From positions 124,001 through 188,000 of IMG/VR virus record IMGVR_UViG_3300024259_000010: a stretch of 64,000 nucleotides of DNA. The stretch is one strand, 5' to 3'. Under the pieces are notes generated by a model, which ran no database searches, was not told where the DNA came from, and saw nothing but the letters and a program-made list of their open reading frames with translations. A program made the position numbers and the translations under genes. Below are positions 1 through 10,462 of this stretch, piece by piece; within the stretch, counting starts at the first letter, position 1; every line of letters starts with the position of its first letter.

Positions 1-2278
1 CACTAGTATCGTTAGCATATACAGATTTCAAACCTGGGAAATGTAAGTGTGTCATATCGTAGTACTGACAGTAGTTTACATTATTACCCCACAAGCTACG
101 CTTGGTTGGTTTGTCATATGGGAACCATGAAAGCTCACGGAACTGATCTACTTCAGAGTACGGCAATCCGTTAGGCTGCTGTTTGATGTAGGTCAAGTTA
201 TGATACTCAGCAATCTTAATTGCATACCAGATAGTGTGAGGAACATCTTTCTTGTAGTACTCGCCATTCAAGACGCCATACTGCCCGAAGATAGATCCAC
301 GACATGCACCAGTACCAAACAGTTCTGATTCAGGATTCAAGACAATCTTAGCAGTCAGCATATCACCAGTAGCGATAGACATAGCTTCATCTTGATCTGA
401 TCCAGACCATGTGGACATAACAATTTTGATATCATCACGGAATGACAAGAATGCAATAAGCTCATCTTTAAGAGCAACGCTATATCCAGTATCAATAATA
501 GTATTGAATGGGAATTTAGCTTTGTCTTCAATCTGAGGATTAAAGGTTCTGTCATAGAATTTCTCAATGAGTGCTTCAATTCTATTAGTACCGAGAGGTC
601 CACCAGTATCGTCATCCAAAGATGCGCCATCAATATCAGTATCACCATCACTACCATCAGTTAAGTAATCTGGGGTAGAGGAAACGAATTCGCTCATTCC
701 AGCTTCTCTTACAATCGCAGGAGTATTGAAACCATAATCAAGATTATCACCAAGTACTATTTCAGCATAACCAGAATAAGTAATAAGAACATCTTCTGCC
801 CATGAAATTTCATAAGTACCAGCATTGTCAATAACGTCAGTTACGAAAACTTGTGTCCCGTCAATGAGTAATTCCATTCCGATATCCGGAGATACTTCAG
901 TGGCAGTAAACTGTGAAACATCACCAGGGACATCAACAGTACAACCAGTCTCTGCGATATTAGCAACTGTCATAGTAACATTAGCACCACCATTAAGAGC
1001 AATAACTATATCAACCGAAGTACCATCTATTTCACCAGTAGTTCCAACAGGAGCATCCCACGTTAGTAAGATATTCGAGCCGTCAACTTCAACAGTATTG
1101 ATAGTAGTAGTTTCAGCATTGCCAAATGTAACAACATCGTCAATCTGTGGAGATGGAGCATGTGGTGTAAACAGATTCTTAGAAACAGTTTCAGTTACAT
1201 TACCAGTATGTTCAAAGGCATCAACAATATTGAATGCATCCACATCATTAGGATTCTCTTCATCGAAGTCACCAAGTGCAACCTCGTTATATGAGGTAGG
1301 ATCTTCAGACTTAACAATAATTTTACCGTTAAGGATATTGATCTTATATGCTTTGGTATCATCTTCTTCATAACCAACAATCGGGTTAGAGATCGAATGC
1401 CATGGATCAGCTGGTGTCTGTAAGATTTCAGCTCCACCAAGTTCTTTTTTGACGCTCAAAATAGAATCATCAAAGAATTTAGAATACATATCATCTTGAA
1501 TTTCTTTTACATAAGCAGGGTAGAAATGTGCATTGACAGGAGAAACATATGAAGCATCGAAATAACGACCAAACATATTTTCAAAGTCAACATTAATACC
1601 ATCTTCAACGGTACCGTCAATAGTAGCAAATTCAAATGAGTAAGGACTGTATTTAGTTTTTACAAAACTAAATGTGCTAAATCCATAATCTTTTTGAACA
1701 AACCCTAATTCAAGGAACGAAGATTTACTAGAATTAATTCTATCATATGCAGCTTCAATGTCAGAAGTATTGTTCCATAAACGGAATCCAAGATCATTAC
1801 CATACTTACCTTCATTAGTAACATCAAATGCCATAACAGGAACAGTGTTACCACTATTAGTAGCCTGTATGTTAGCGATCGATTCACCGACTTCAAGTTT
1901 TCTATAAGTATAAGTATAATCAACTGATCCAGAAGTTGGAATGTTACACTCTAAAACATAAGAGGCTTTGGCCATAAGCTTTGTACCAGTACCATCATTG
2001 TTACCAATACGTGTAATGAACGCGCCGTTATATGGGAATGTATTGTATAAGAACACAGACGAACGACTGAAATATTCGAGGTTTGTGTTATCAAATGTTT
2101 TTTCTCCAAAGATGCTAACAGCTTTAGCATAATTGTTACACCAGACGGGTACATTGATTGGACCCTTTTCTGTCTTCATCGCATAAATTGGGCGATGCAA
2201 GGGAAGCGTCTCTGAGCTAATAGCATCAAAAGCCGATTCATCTTTTACATTAATATTTAAATGTGGAAACACATCCAT
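1..2278 (-). CDS. Contractile tail sheath protein (phiKZ gp29-like), C-terminus beyond window edge
   Basis: Not in the ORF track because it is open at the left edge. ATG at 2278, AGGAG RBS at ~2286-2290. Hand translation begins MDVFPHLNINVKDES...LPLHRPIYAMKTEKGP...IFGEKTFD...YFS and later gives IIDTGY, ESELFGTGACRG and HFPGLKSVY, all resembling phiKZ-type sheath segments. Divergent from the baseplate block, as in phiKZ. Confidence 0.85.
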   Translation of the reverse strand, partial: MDVFPHLNINVKDESAFDAISSETLPLHRPIYAMKTEKGPINVPVWCNNYAKAVSIFGEKTFDNTNLEYFSRSSVFLYNTFPYNGAFITRIGNNDGTGTKLMAKASYVLECNIPTSGSVDYTYTYRKLEVGESIANIQATNSGNTVPVMAFDVTNEGKYGNDLGFRLWNNTSDIEAAYDRINSSKSSFLELGFVQKDYGFSTFSFVKTKYSPYSFEFATIDGTVEDGINVDFENMFGRYFDASYVSPVNAHFYPAYVKEIQDDMYSKFFDDSILSVKKELGGAEILQTPADPWHSISNPIVGYEEDDTKAYKINILNGKIIVKSEDPTSYNEVALGDFDEENPNDVDAFNIVDAFEHTGNVTETVSKNLFTPHAPSPQIDDVVTFGNAETTTINTVEVDGSNILLTWDAPVGTTGEIDGTSVDIVIALNGGANVTMTVANIAETGCTVDVPGDVSQFTATEVSPDIGMELLIDGTQVFVTDVIDNAGTYEISWAEDVLITYSGYAEIVLGDNLDYGFNTPAIVREAGMSEFVSSTPDYLTDGSDGDTDIDGASLDDDTGGPLGTNRIEALIEKFYDRTFNPQIEDKAKFPFNTIIDTGYSVALKDELIAFLSFRDDIKIVMSTWSGSDQDEAMSIATGDMLTAKIVLNPESELFGTGACRGSIFGQYGVLNGEYYKKDVPHTIWYAIKIAEYHNLTYIKQQPNGLPYSEVDQFRELSWFPYDKPTKRSLWGNNVNYCQYYDMTHLHFPGLKSVYANDTS

Positions 2279-2417
2279 AATTTTTCTCCTTTAAGTTTTA
2301 TATACATAAAGCCCTAGTCTTCATACAATGATTGTAGCTAGAGTCTATATACATACATATTATTAATAATAAATTTAGAACATTTTATGAATAACAATTA
2401 ATTTATTAGGAGATCCA

Positions 2418-3449
2418 ATGCAAAAGAACAGTATTCTCAGTACACATTTTTCAAGTATGTATAATTTACCAGCTCTCATTAAACCTGCACATGTTTGGTT
2501 ATTAGATAAAAGTAGATTAGACATGGACCAATCTGAATACAGTGAGTTGATTAATTCAATCAATCCATTACAGAAAAATCCGATCAGTGATTGCTTCCTA
2601 ACTATTAAAAGAAACAATTCTTTTAGTAATATTTATTTCATAAGTTCAGTACTTAATAAAAAATTAAGTGTTCCTGAAATCTTAACTATTAACGATCTAT
2701 CTATTTATGGTAAGCAGATTAATTATATCAAAGATCCTGATCTTAAGAAATCTTGGATTAATATTTCTGGTTCAATTAATGCACCATCTAGAAATAGATA
2801 TGGTAGTATTACAGTTGCATCAGTTAATGAAATCATGAACTCTGTGGTAAGAGCAAATCTATGTATGTCTTATGCTGATAGAAAAGAATGGACCTCTGCA
2901 TCAAACGCTGCTTTCTTAATTGAAACATATGCTACTATGATGCGTCTTGTTCTGGATAGAGCTTATCGATTAGACTTAGAGGAAAGTGTTATCTTTAAAT
3001 ATGCATTTGCGTATTATTATGCTTACCTTATTAATGACACTATGGAAGATGGTGCTCCAGTATTGTTGAAGCGGTGTACAACACTCTTCAAACATTCTAG
3101 CACATCACTTGGTGATCTTGCTGGCATGATGAAGGATACCTTAAAAGGACATCCTCCAACTATTCCATTAATCGTTGAGTTCATTAAAAAGAATGGACCA
3201 CCTCGTGTTAAGTCGTTGTCACCTGAAATGCTATACAGAGTTTTATCTGTAGCATCTAGTAATAGTGTTTCAACATGGTTAGCTATTGACTACCCACCTT
3301 ACTTAGCATACTTAATTCTGTTGACAGTATCTGGAACTAAACATCCAATCCTGTCGAATGTAATGAACAATATGTTCTCTCAAACATATGTTAAGAAACA
3401 TGTGGATGAACTGATTAAATATAACAAGACGTATATCGGAGAAAAATAA
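2418..3449 (+). CDS. Conserved jumbo-phage virion/baseplate-region protein (position of phiKZ gp28)
   Basis: 343 aa ORF with AGGAG RBS; divergent from the sheath gene; first of a three-gene block; AIDYPP motif. Assignment is mainly by synteny. Confidence 0.55.
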   Translation: MQKNSILSTHFSSMYNLPALIKPAHVWLLDKSRLDMDQSEYSELINSINPLQKNPISDCFLTIKRNNSFSNIYFISSVLNKKLSVPEILTINDLSIYGKQINYIKDPDLKKSWINISGSINAPSRNRYGSITVASVNEIMNSVVRANLCMSYADRKEWTSASNAAFLIETYATMMRLVLDRAYRLDLEESVIFKYAFAYYYAYLINDTMEDGAPVLLKRCTTLFKHSSTSLGDLAGMMKDTLKGHPPTIPLIVEFIKKNGPPRVKSLSPEMLYRVLSVASSNSVSTWLAIDYPPYLAYLILLTVSGTKHPILSNVMNNMFSQTYVKKHVDELIKYNKTYIGEK

Positions 3450-3451
3450 TC

Positions 3452-6400
3452 ATGAAGAATGTGGCCTATGCAGCAGAAGCTTTTAGGCACTATCTATCTA
3501 CAGAATTATTTGACATCTATGATCCAGTCGAATCAACCAGAGGTCTGACAATGCAAGTGTTGTCAGGCCCTCTTGGGAGTGTTCCAATTTTAAATGAAGG
3601 AGTTACTACTCATTTGTTTAACTATAATAAGAGATCCAGCGATGGTACTTATTATGAAAATTTGGAAATATTCGTAGATGATATAGGTGATTATAATAAG
3701 TGGATACTATGTAGTGTCAATAATCATGTGTTCAGTGGAACTATTTTAGATACCCCAAAGCCTGGTAATGAAATCGAAAACCATTTACCTTTAGATAGAG
3801 GAGCTGGGGAACGATACAGTAGATTGCCTAATCCAGTTATTCCAAAACTAGATGCATTTAACTTGAAAGATCTAAGTACTATATTACCGGATAACAATGT
3901 AAAAATTATATCCAAAGATGGTAAGATGTTACCATTACATAATATTAAAGTACAGCCTGATAACAGTACAGTCGATTCAGTGAGTGGTCATGTTTATATG
4001 TTAATACCATATGCACATTTTTTAAATTCAGGAACTGTATCATCTGGTAACTTCGATGATTTCTTCATGACTGTCGATAATGAGAAGAGATCATTTTCTA
4101 GAATTGTAGATACTGCCGACGGTACTGGGTTTTATACTAGTTCAGATGGATTCATGACATTCGCTGATGGTATGTTTATTAACTCCGCAGTACAGTTACC
4201 TTTAGATAAAGAAGTGATGCAGTACACTACGTACAATACCCTTGTTACTGAGGCTAGAAAAGTAGATATCATACTTAGTAATGTTTATGATGGTGATGAT
4301 ACTTTAGTACATATCGATAAATCAATTACCAATACAAGGTGTTTTTCTATTAATGACTGTGACATATTCTTATGTGATCGAGAACAGTTGAGTGAAGGAA
4401 AAGGTCTATGTATTAATAATGAGATATGGACTAGATGTACTCAGTTAACTCATAGTGATTTTCTAATACCTAATTCTATCTTAGATAGATATAAGGCATT
4501 ATTAGGAACCACTGAATTAACTATGGTTATCTATCTATATCCAGGTATAGTGTCAAGTACTATTATTGATAGTAAACATAAGATCCCTGAACTATATGAA
4601 CATAGTGATGCTGATATTGTTGATTTCTTAAAAGGTGATCATGTTGATACATTGGAATATGATTTCTGGACCATAGAGTCTCTAAGAGATTCGTATTTTA
4701 AATTCGTACAACCTGGGGTTCGACGTTTATCAGATCTTAGTGTAGATGGATTCAAAGTTGAGCAATCTAATATCCAAGCTCTATGGGATAAATTTACTTT
4801 ACATGATTTTATAGAATCAATGGGGTATTATGTATTCAATAAGGTTGTATACAAGGATAGATTCTTTTTAACAGCTGATGATATTGATTATGTGAATGGT
4901 AATATTATTATTAGTAGACCTGCTGGGTATTTAGATAAAGAAGTTAAATACATAATTAGGGAAATTGGTACTAATATTATTTTTACTCACACCTCTGTCA
5001 TGGAGAATAACGTTGATTATACTCTCTACTCTGAAAATATAATTAATGATTTTAATATCCCTGCACAATGTCATATATTGGTAGACGTAGGTATCTTAGA
5101 TCCACAACAAGAATATGTTGTAGATGTTATCGAATTAAAAGCTTCACATGTTACGTTTGTTCCACCTTCAATCGATAGTGCTACAGAACGTCTTATCATA
5201 AGGAAACATCGTAACTTTAATGTGTTTAAATTGCAATCGAATAAATTTGGTATTTATAAATGGGAATATGTTAGTGACCCATCAAATATAATAGAATTCA
5301 TCCAGATAAATGATATATCATATATTCTCTTTACTGAAACTTTTTGGTGTAAAACATATGCTGTTAGTTTTGGTGATGGGTTTGATGAGATTGATGCAAC
5401 CTTTGGTGATATCAAACAAGGTCTAAATATAAATGAGATAGTTACTGATTACTATGAAGATGGTGATCTTATTAGAACTATCAAAAGAGATGACTATGCT
5501 GATAATGTAATCGGTAAGTTTGAACTCCAAGGTGTTGATTATAAAGAACCGTGGTTCGCAAGTATGCAGAGTGGGATATGGAACAATGATGCATTGTGGG
5601 ACATGGATGCATTGTGGGATGAAGATACTGATGAATTAGTCAATGCGTATATACACGATATTGGAGTACCCGTTGAGGCTACTGATATTGTAGTTCGTAC
5701 TAAATTAAAGGCTACTCATGTAGGCGGTACTGCATTTCTAAATGATGTAGAATTCACACGATCTAGTTCATTACCACTGACATTTATTAGTGATGACACT
5801 GAAGTTGATTATGATGTTATATATAATACCATCGATGAATTATGGAATATAGTGGATAATACTGATACTTCTGCAACTGTGTTTGTTAGTAATTCAAAAC
5901 TAGGACCTTATACACCAGAAGGGTTTCCAGGTAGCGGTGAAACAATTGAGCTTGAAGAATCTGTAGGTTTCCGTTTACCAACACCTGATTACAAAATGTT
6001 GGATGCCCATTCTAAAGGATGGATTCATAATAACATTCTTTGTATTTCTAATGATGATACTTCAATTGCAATATGTGCTTATCGAGCGATGGAAGTATTT
6101 GATACATGGACTCTCCCTAATGGAGCTGAAGTAAATAATGCTGTGATTCGTGAACAGGATAGTCTCGCATTTGTATGTGAGAAAGATACTGGTATCGTAC
6201 ATGTACTGTCAATAGATGAGAACAATCTGTTTACATTTAAACACAGTATTAATTTAGCACCAGCTAACATTATGAATATAACTTGTGTTGCTGATTCAGA
6301 GAATATTATCTTAGAATTAGAATCACCAGTTGCAGATAAAGTGGCCTATTTATATAAGTATATATTTGCTAATGAATTTGTGGAATCTACATTTGAATTA

Positions 6401-7570
6401 GTCCAAGAGATTGAATCTATTAATGGTGCAGGTAGGCATCACTTTATTAGTGACCATATGACTGGTAATACATTTGTGTACACATTAGAAGGTAATAACT
6501 ACGATCTACATGTAGGATATCTTGATTATGTATGGAACGAATCTGTTTCAACATTTGAACTAACTGATGTCAAACATTATGGTTTTACAAATATACAAGA
6601 TATAGTCATTAGTGATAATACTGTATATGTGTTCAACAATGGTAATAGATTACAGCGAATCAATTGGTTTAGACATGTTGGGTTTAATCATAATAAAGAA
6701 TACACTAGTTTATCAGGGCCAACGGAAAACGATATTAGTAGTATTGCTCCATGTGGATCAAATACATTAATATGTGGTACCACGGATGATGATGTTATTA
6801 TCCTAAAAATACATGAAGATGTAGTAGAGCAAATCCGATTACTTGGCGTACCTTCACATGGAATTATAAATGCACATTGGATCAGAAATGGTTATCGTGA
6901 AGCCGATATTATTATTGATGATGATTCCGGTGGACATAGTTCTGCTATATTAAGTTGGGATATTGATATTGATGAAACTCCACCTGTTCCAGTACATAAG
7001 TTATTAACTAGTAATATTCCACACCCAGTATGTTTCTATATAAACGGTGTGACTATTCCTCCTGTACATACAGTGCTTCATGTTGATCTACATCCATATC
7101 TTATGTATGATTATGTTAATTCATATCATTATACTTTATGCGGTATTAAGATATCTTATGCTTATATGCAAGACTTTGATTATACTGATGAGTCTATACC
7201 CACGATGTTAAATAATGATACTGTGATTAATACAGATGGTACAGATAGAAATATTGATACTGATTTCAGTACTAATAACTTCGATCAACAAACTCATGAT
7301 ACAAAGGTTATAGGTTATGTAAATGATCCAATTGATACAGATGATTCAAACGATATCTTAAAATATATCGCACCTGTAAAAACATTTGATTGGATAAATG
7401 ATACTATCGAATGGACTGATGTACCGTTTAGAGTATATAAGAATTATATGGTTAATACATTTAAAATTGGTGACACTACAACAGTTGCAAATTGGAACTT
7501 ATCGTATGATAACAGCTTATATATCCCATTGTCTGCAGATGTGTTAATTCCAGAAGTGGACATAGATTAA
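3452..7570 (+). CDS. Large virion/baseplate structural protein (position of phiKZ gp27), enlarged
   Basis: 1372 aa acidic ORF starting 2 nt after the upstream stop; TQLTHSDFLIP and IPELYEHSDADIVDFL segments; synteny. Confidence 0.55.
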   Translation: MKNVAYAAEAFRHYLSTELFDIYDPVESTRGLTMQVLSGPLGSVPILNEGVTTHLFNYNKRSSDGTYYENLEIFVDDIGDYNKWILCSVNNHVFSGTILDTPKPGNEIENHLPLDRGAGERYSRLPNPVIPKLDAFNLKDLSTILPDNNVKIISKDGKMLPLHNIKVQPDNSTVDSVSGHVYMLIPYAHFLNSGTVSSGNFDDFFMTVDNEKRSFSRIVDTADGTGFYTSSDGFMTFADGMFINSAVQLPLDKEVMQYTTYNTLVTEARKVDIILSNVYDGDDTLVHIDKSITNTRCFSINDCDIFLCDREQLSEGKGLCINNEIWTRCTQLTHSDFLIPNSILDRYKALLGTTELTMVIYLYPGIVSSTIIDSKHKIPELYEHSDADIVDFLKGDHVDTLEYDFWTIESLRDSYFKFVQPGVRRLSDLSVDGFKVEQSNIQALWDKFTLHDFIESMGYYVFNKVVYKDRFFLTADDIDYVNGNIIISRPAGYLDKEVKYIIREIGTNIIFTHTSVMENNVDYTLYSENIINDFNIPAQCHILVDVGILDPQQEYVVDVIELKASHVTFVPPSIDSATERLIIRKHRNFNVFKLQSNKFGIYKWEYVSDPSNIIEFIQINDISYILFTETFWCKTYAVSFGDGFDEIDATFGDIKQGLNINEIVTDYYEDGDLIRTIKRDDYADNVIGKFELQGVDYKEPWFASMQSGIWNNDALWDMDALWDEDTDELVNAYIHDIGVPVEATDIVVRTKLKATHVGGTAFLNDVEFTRSSSLPLTFISDDTEVDYDVIYNTIDELWNIVDNTDTSATVFVSNSKLGPYTPEGFPGSGETIELEESVGFRLPTPDYKMLDAHSKGWIHNNILCISNDDTSIAICAYRAMEVFDTWTLPNGAEVNNAVIREQDSLAFVCEKDTGIVHVLSIDENNLFTFKHSINLAPANIMNITCVADSENIILELESPVADKVAYLYKYIFANEFVESTFELVQEIESINGAGRHHFISDHMTGNTFVYTLEGNNYDLHVGYLDYVWNESVSTFELTDVKHYGFTNIQDIVISDNTVYVFNNGNRLQRINWFRHVGFNHNKEYTSLSGPTENDISSIAPCGSNTLICGTTDDDVIILKIHEDVVEQIRLLGVPSHGIINAHWIRNGYREADIIIDDDSGGHSSAILSWDIDIDETPPVPVHKLLTSNIPHPVCFYINGVTIPPVHTVLHVDLHPYLMYDYVNSYHYTLCGIKISYAYMQDFDYTDESIPTMLNNDTVINTDGTDRNIDTDFSTNNFDQQTHDTKVIGYVNDPIDTDDSNDILKYIAPVKTFDWINDTIEWTDVPFRVYKNYMVNTFKIGDTTTVANWNLSYDNSLYIPLSADVLIPEVDID

Positions 7571-7580
7571 GGAATAAATT

Positions 7581-9683
7581 ATGAATGGAAAAATAAGCCC
7601 CTTAAAAACGTACAATAGTTTCGACATGGAGATGACTGCTGATTCTATTGGCCGATTGGCAAAGATACAATTGTTTACTAAACAAGTTGATCATGTACTA
7701 TCTGATTTTACTTCTGATATACCGTTTCTAACTGATGTTGACATTGTTGTCATATTAGGTGATAAAGAATTAAGTAGAGGTATTGATTATGTTATTTATG
7801 AAGAAGAAGAAAATGGTATATTTAAAACAAAGTTAAAACTTATTAATCACCAGTTGCTTATTGATACTGTGGATAATACTAAAGTCAAGATCTATATAAC
7901 ACGACGTAGTATTGATACTGCACTCGTATATAACGCCCTTGGTGATGATATTGTATCACAAGAGAATAGAGTAAATGCCCATAGAGATAATGATTACATA
8001 GCAAATGAAATTGATGGTATTACAAGGTATGTGACTTCTAATCATTTAACAGAGGTTGTAAATAATCCTAATGTTTCAGGTGTTTGGGAATTGGTTGTTA
8101 AGACGAGTTGTTCTTTTCAGTCGATCAGTGATCTGATAAAATTCCATCCTAATCCATACGCGATGATAGATGCAATTCAAGAAACCATTAATACATATGA
8201 TAAATTCAGTTCCGAATTAGGCGATGATACAATAGTAACTGAAGCCCCAAATAAGAAAATAATACTAGGGCTAGACTATATTAAAATTGTAAATCTATTA
8301 CTATCGGATGGTGGTATTGTAACAGAATTAGAAAGTATAATTAGTGCTGACTACTTAGGATTTACTAATTTCTTACTTAAGTATTCTATTACACTACAGG
8401 ATCATAAATTCTTGGATGCTAGGTTATATGATATATATATGAATCCTGATATTGATAATCCGATTAACCTCGGTGGATTGGATGGATTATTAGGCGATCT
8501 ACAATATCATATGTATCCTGGGTTTACTCATGTACATGCGATAGATACGAATGGTACTAGTGAAATTATAGGTAATGATGATGGTGATATTGTTAGCCCA
8601 CCCGCTGATGAGGAACTATGTGTAATGCCTGTAGTAAATACACCACCAGTGGCTAACGCACAAAATGTGACTACAGAGATGGATATAGATAAGGATATCG
8701 TATTGACAGGTAGTGATACAGATGTGACCGATGTATTAACATATACAGTAGATGATGAACCTACACATGGTAGTTTATCTGGTACTGAGCCTAATCTGAC
8801 GTACATACCTGATGGTGGTTATTATGGACCTGATTCTTTTACATTCATAATTAACGATGGGTATGTAGACTCACTTCCAGCGACTGTAGATATTACTGTC
8901 AATGAAGTGTTTGAAGATCCATTTGCTATTGAATATGGATTAAATAACTTTGCTGCGTCTATTGCTGCGGTAAACCAGGTAGATCAGACACTAAATATAA
9001 ACATGTCAGAAATGCCTTACATTCTTACAGGTATTACAATTGAGGATGGTTATGATGTAGAGATTGAATGTGAATGGGCTCATAATTATAATGGTAAAAC
9101 TAAGCGTACAATGTGTGCTGTTTCGAATGATCAAGTGGTAGATTGGCCGCCTACAATGCCAGATGCCCCTGAACCATATGGTGCATTAGATGTAATATAT
9201 GCTTTGGAAGAAAAGGGTGATACATATAGGTATACAAATGAGGGTAGATCTATCTGGCAGTATTCCGGATATGGTTACTTTAATGGTATGCAAACCGATG
9301 GGTTCTATCAGGAAGATGTGCGATATGTCATAGGTAAGAGTGGTACTACCATGTATAGAGGTAATGACACTACTGTAACAGGATGTACAGGTATTAGGAA
9401 TTCTAATAGAGGTATAACATTATTTGGTTCACAAATAAATGGTACTTATAGTCACCCAATACAAATGCACGGTTATGCATACAATTGTATTTTCTATTCA
9501 TTGAAGATATGGTCTAGTGATACAAGAAACGATCAAACTTTATTACATCATTTAATTGCAGTACCTTCCGGATGGACAGATGGTATTATAACAGCTACTG
9601 TTAACTGTGTTTATGATAAAGTAGATGGTGTATTCCACGAACCTGGATTCATGTCATTTGGTATTACTGAATCTATTACATAA
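7581..9683 (+). CDS. Virion structural protein (position of phiKZ gp26) with C-terminal cadherin/Ig-like and lectin-like extension
   Basis: 700 aa. VNTPPVANAQNVTT...LTGSDTD...LTYTV...PTHGSLSG..PNLTYIP...GPDSFTFIINDG is a typical bacterial Ig-like (Big_9/cadherin-like) repeat. Confidence 0.6.
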   Translation: MNGKISPLKTYNSFDMEMTADSIGRLAKIQLFTKQVDHVLSDFTSDIPFLTDVDIVVILGDKELSRGIDYVIYEEEENGIFKTKLKLINHQLLIDTVDNTKVKIYITRRSIDTALVYNALGDDIVSQENRVNAHRDNDYIANEIDGITRYVTSNHLTEVVNNPNVSGVWELVVKTSCSFQSISDLIKFHPNPYAMIDAIQETINTYDKFSSELGDDTIVTEAPNKKIILGLDYIKIVNLLLSDGGIVTELESIISADYLGFTNFLLKYSITLQDHKFLDARLYDIYMNPDIDNPINLGGLDGLLGDLQYHMYPGFTHVHAIDTNGTSEIIGNDDGDIVSPPADEELCVMPVVNTPPVANAQNVTTEMDIDKDIVLTGSDTDVTDVLTYTVDDEPTHGSLSGTEPNLTYIPDGGYYGPDSFTFIINDGYVDSLPATVDITVNEVFEDPFAIEYGLNNFAASIAAVNQVDQTLNINMSEMPYILTGITIEDGYDVEIECEWAHNYNGKTKRTMCAVSNDQVVDWPPTMPDAPEPYGALDVIYALEEKGDTYRYTNEGRSIWQYSGYGYFNGMQTDGFYQEDVRYVIGKSGTTMYRGNDTTVTGCTGIRNSNRGITLFGSQINGTYSHPIQMHGYAYNCIFYSLKIWSSDTRNDQTLLHHLIAVPSGWTDGIITATVNCVYDKVDGVFHEPGFMSFGITESIT

Positions 9684-9780
9684 ATAAATAATAACAAGCA
9701 TAGTGGATCATCCACTATGCTTGTTATATTACTTTATTCAAACATTGTATGAAAAGTAAATAATGAATTAGGAGTTATAA

Positions 9781-10461
9781 ATGGATAACAGTAAATATTT
9801 TGAGAAGAAGGGGAGATCGTATATCTTCAAAGGAGATCTCTTGGAAGTGTTTATACCTATGCGGTATGCACAACATGGTTATTTGGAAATAGGGAACAAT
9901 GTTTCTACTATTGGTATTTTTGACATGACTATTAATGGTACAATTGAAACAGGTTATCTATTAGGTGCTGTTATTGAAATGTATCCATCTGATATTGAGT
10001 CAGTAACTATTGACCAACAGAAGTATGCAAAACTTATTCTACATAAAGATGATGTATTTATTAAAGACTGTAATGTTGTTAAAGATGCTAAGATCTCATA
10101 TATTATCTTTTATGAAATGTTCCACTCAGGACACTACCCTAAGTTTTTGAAGTACTTCGATTGTATTGGTATCTTTGATAGAATTATGAAAGCTAATGGA
10201 GACTCGTTCTCAGCTGACCATATGATCTTTGAAATGATTGTATCTGTATTGTTTAGAGATACTAAGAATATGTCTACTCTATTTAGACATACTAATATGA
10301 AGGGTACTTACCAAACTATCCCTCTAAGAACTATCGCACATGTTGCACAATCTACTACAGGTAAGATCATGGGGTCTTATATGAATGAAGGGTTGGATGC
10401 AGCTATTGTCAATGCTGACGATGTTGTATCAAATGATATTGAAGATCTATTAAGGCAGTAA
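9781..10461 (+). CDS. Probable virion RNA polymerase beta' C-terminal fragment (phiKZ gp176 / SPN3US gp244-like)
   Basis: 226 aa; C-terminal STTGKIMGSYMNEGLDAAIVN...IEDLLR resembles the beta' C-terminus; lies near the prohead protease as in phiKZ-like phages; late-type motif at 9743. Confidence 0.55.
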   Translation: MDNSKYFEKKGRSYIFKGDLLEVFIPMRYAQHGYLEIGNNVSTIGIFDMTINGTIETGYLLGAVIEMYPSDIESVTIDQQKYAKLILHKDDVFIKDCNVVKDAKISYIIFYEMFHSGHYPKFLKYFDCIGIFDRIMKANGDSFSADHMIFEMIVSVLFRDTKNMSTLFRHTNMKGTYQTIPLRTIAHVAQSTTGKIMGSYMNEGLDAAIVNADDVVSNDIEDLLRQ

Positions 10462-10462
10462 T

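Noticed and set aside
825-1373. 182-aa plus-strand ORF, and short alternative-frame ORFs in 355-2154
   Set aside because: Shadows of the minus-strand tail sheath gene, which the track missed because it is open at the window edge
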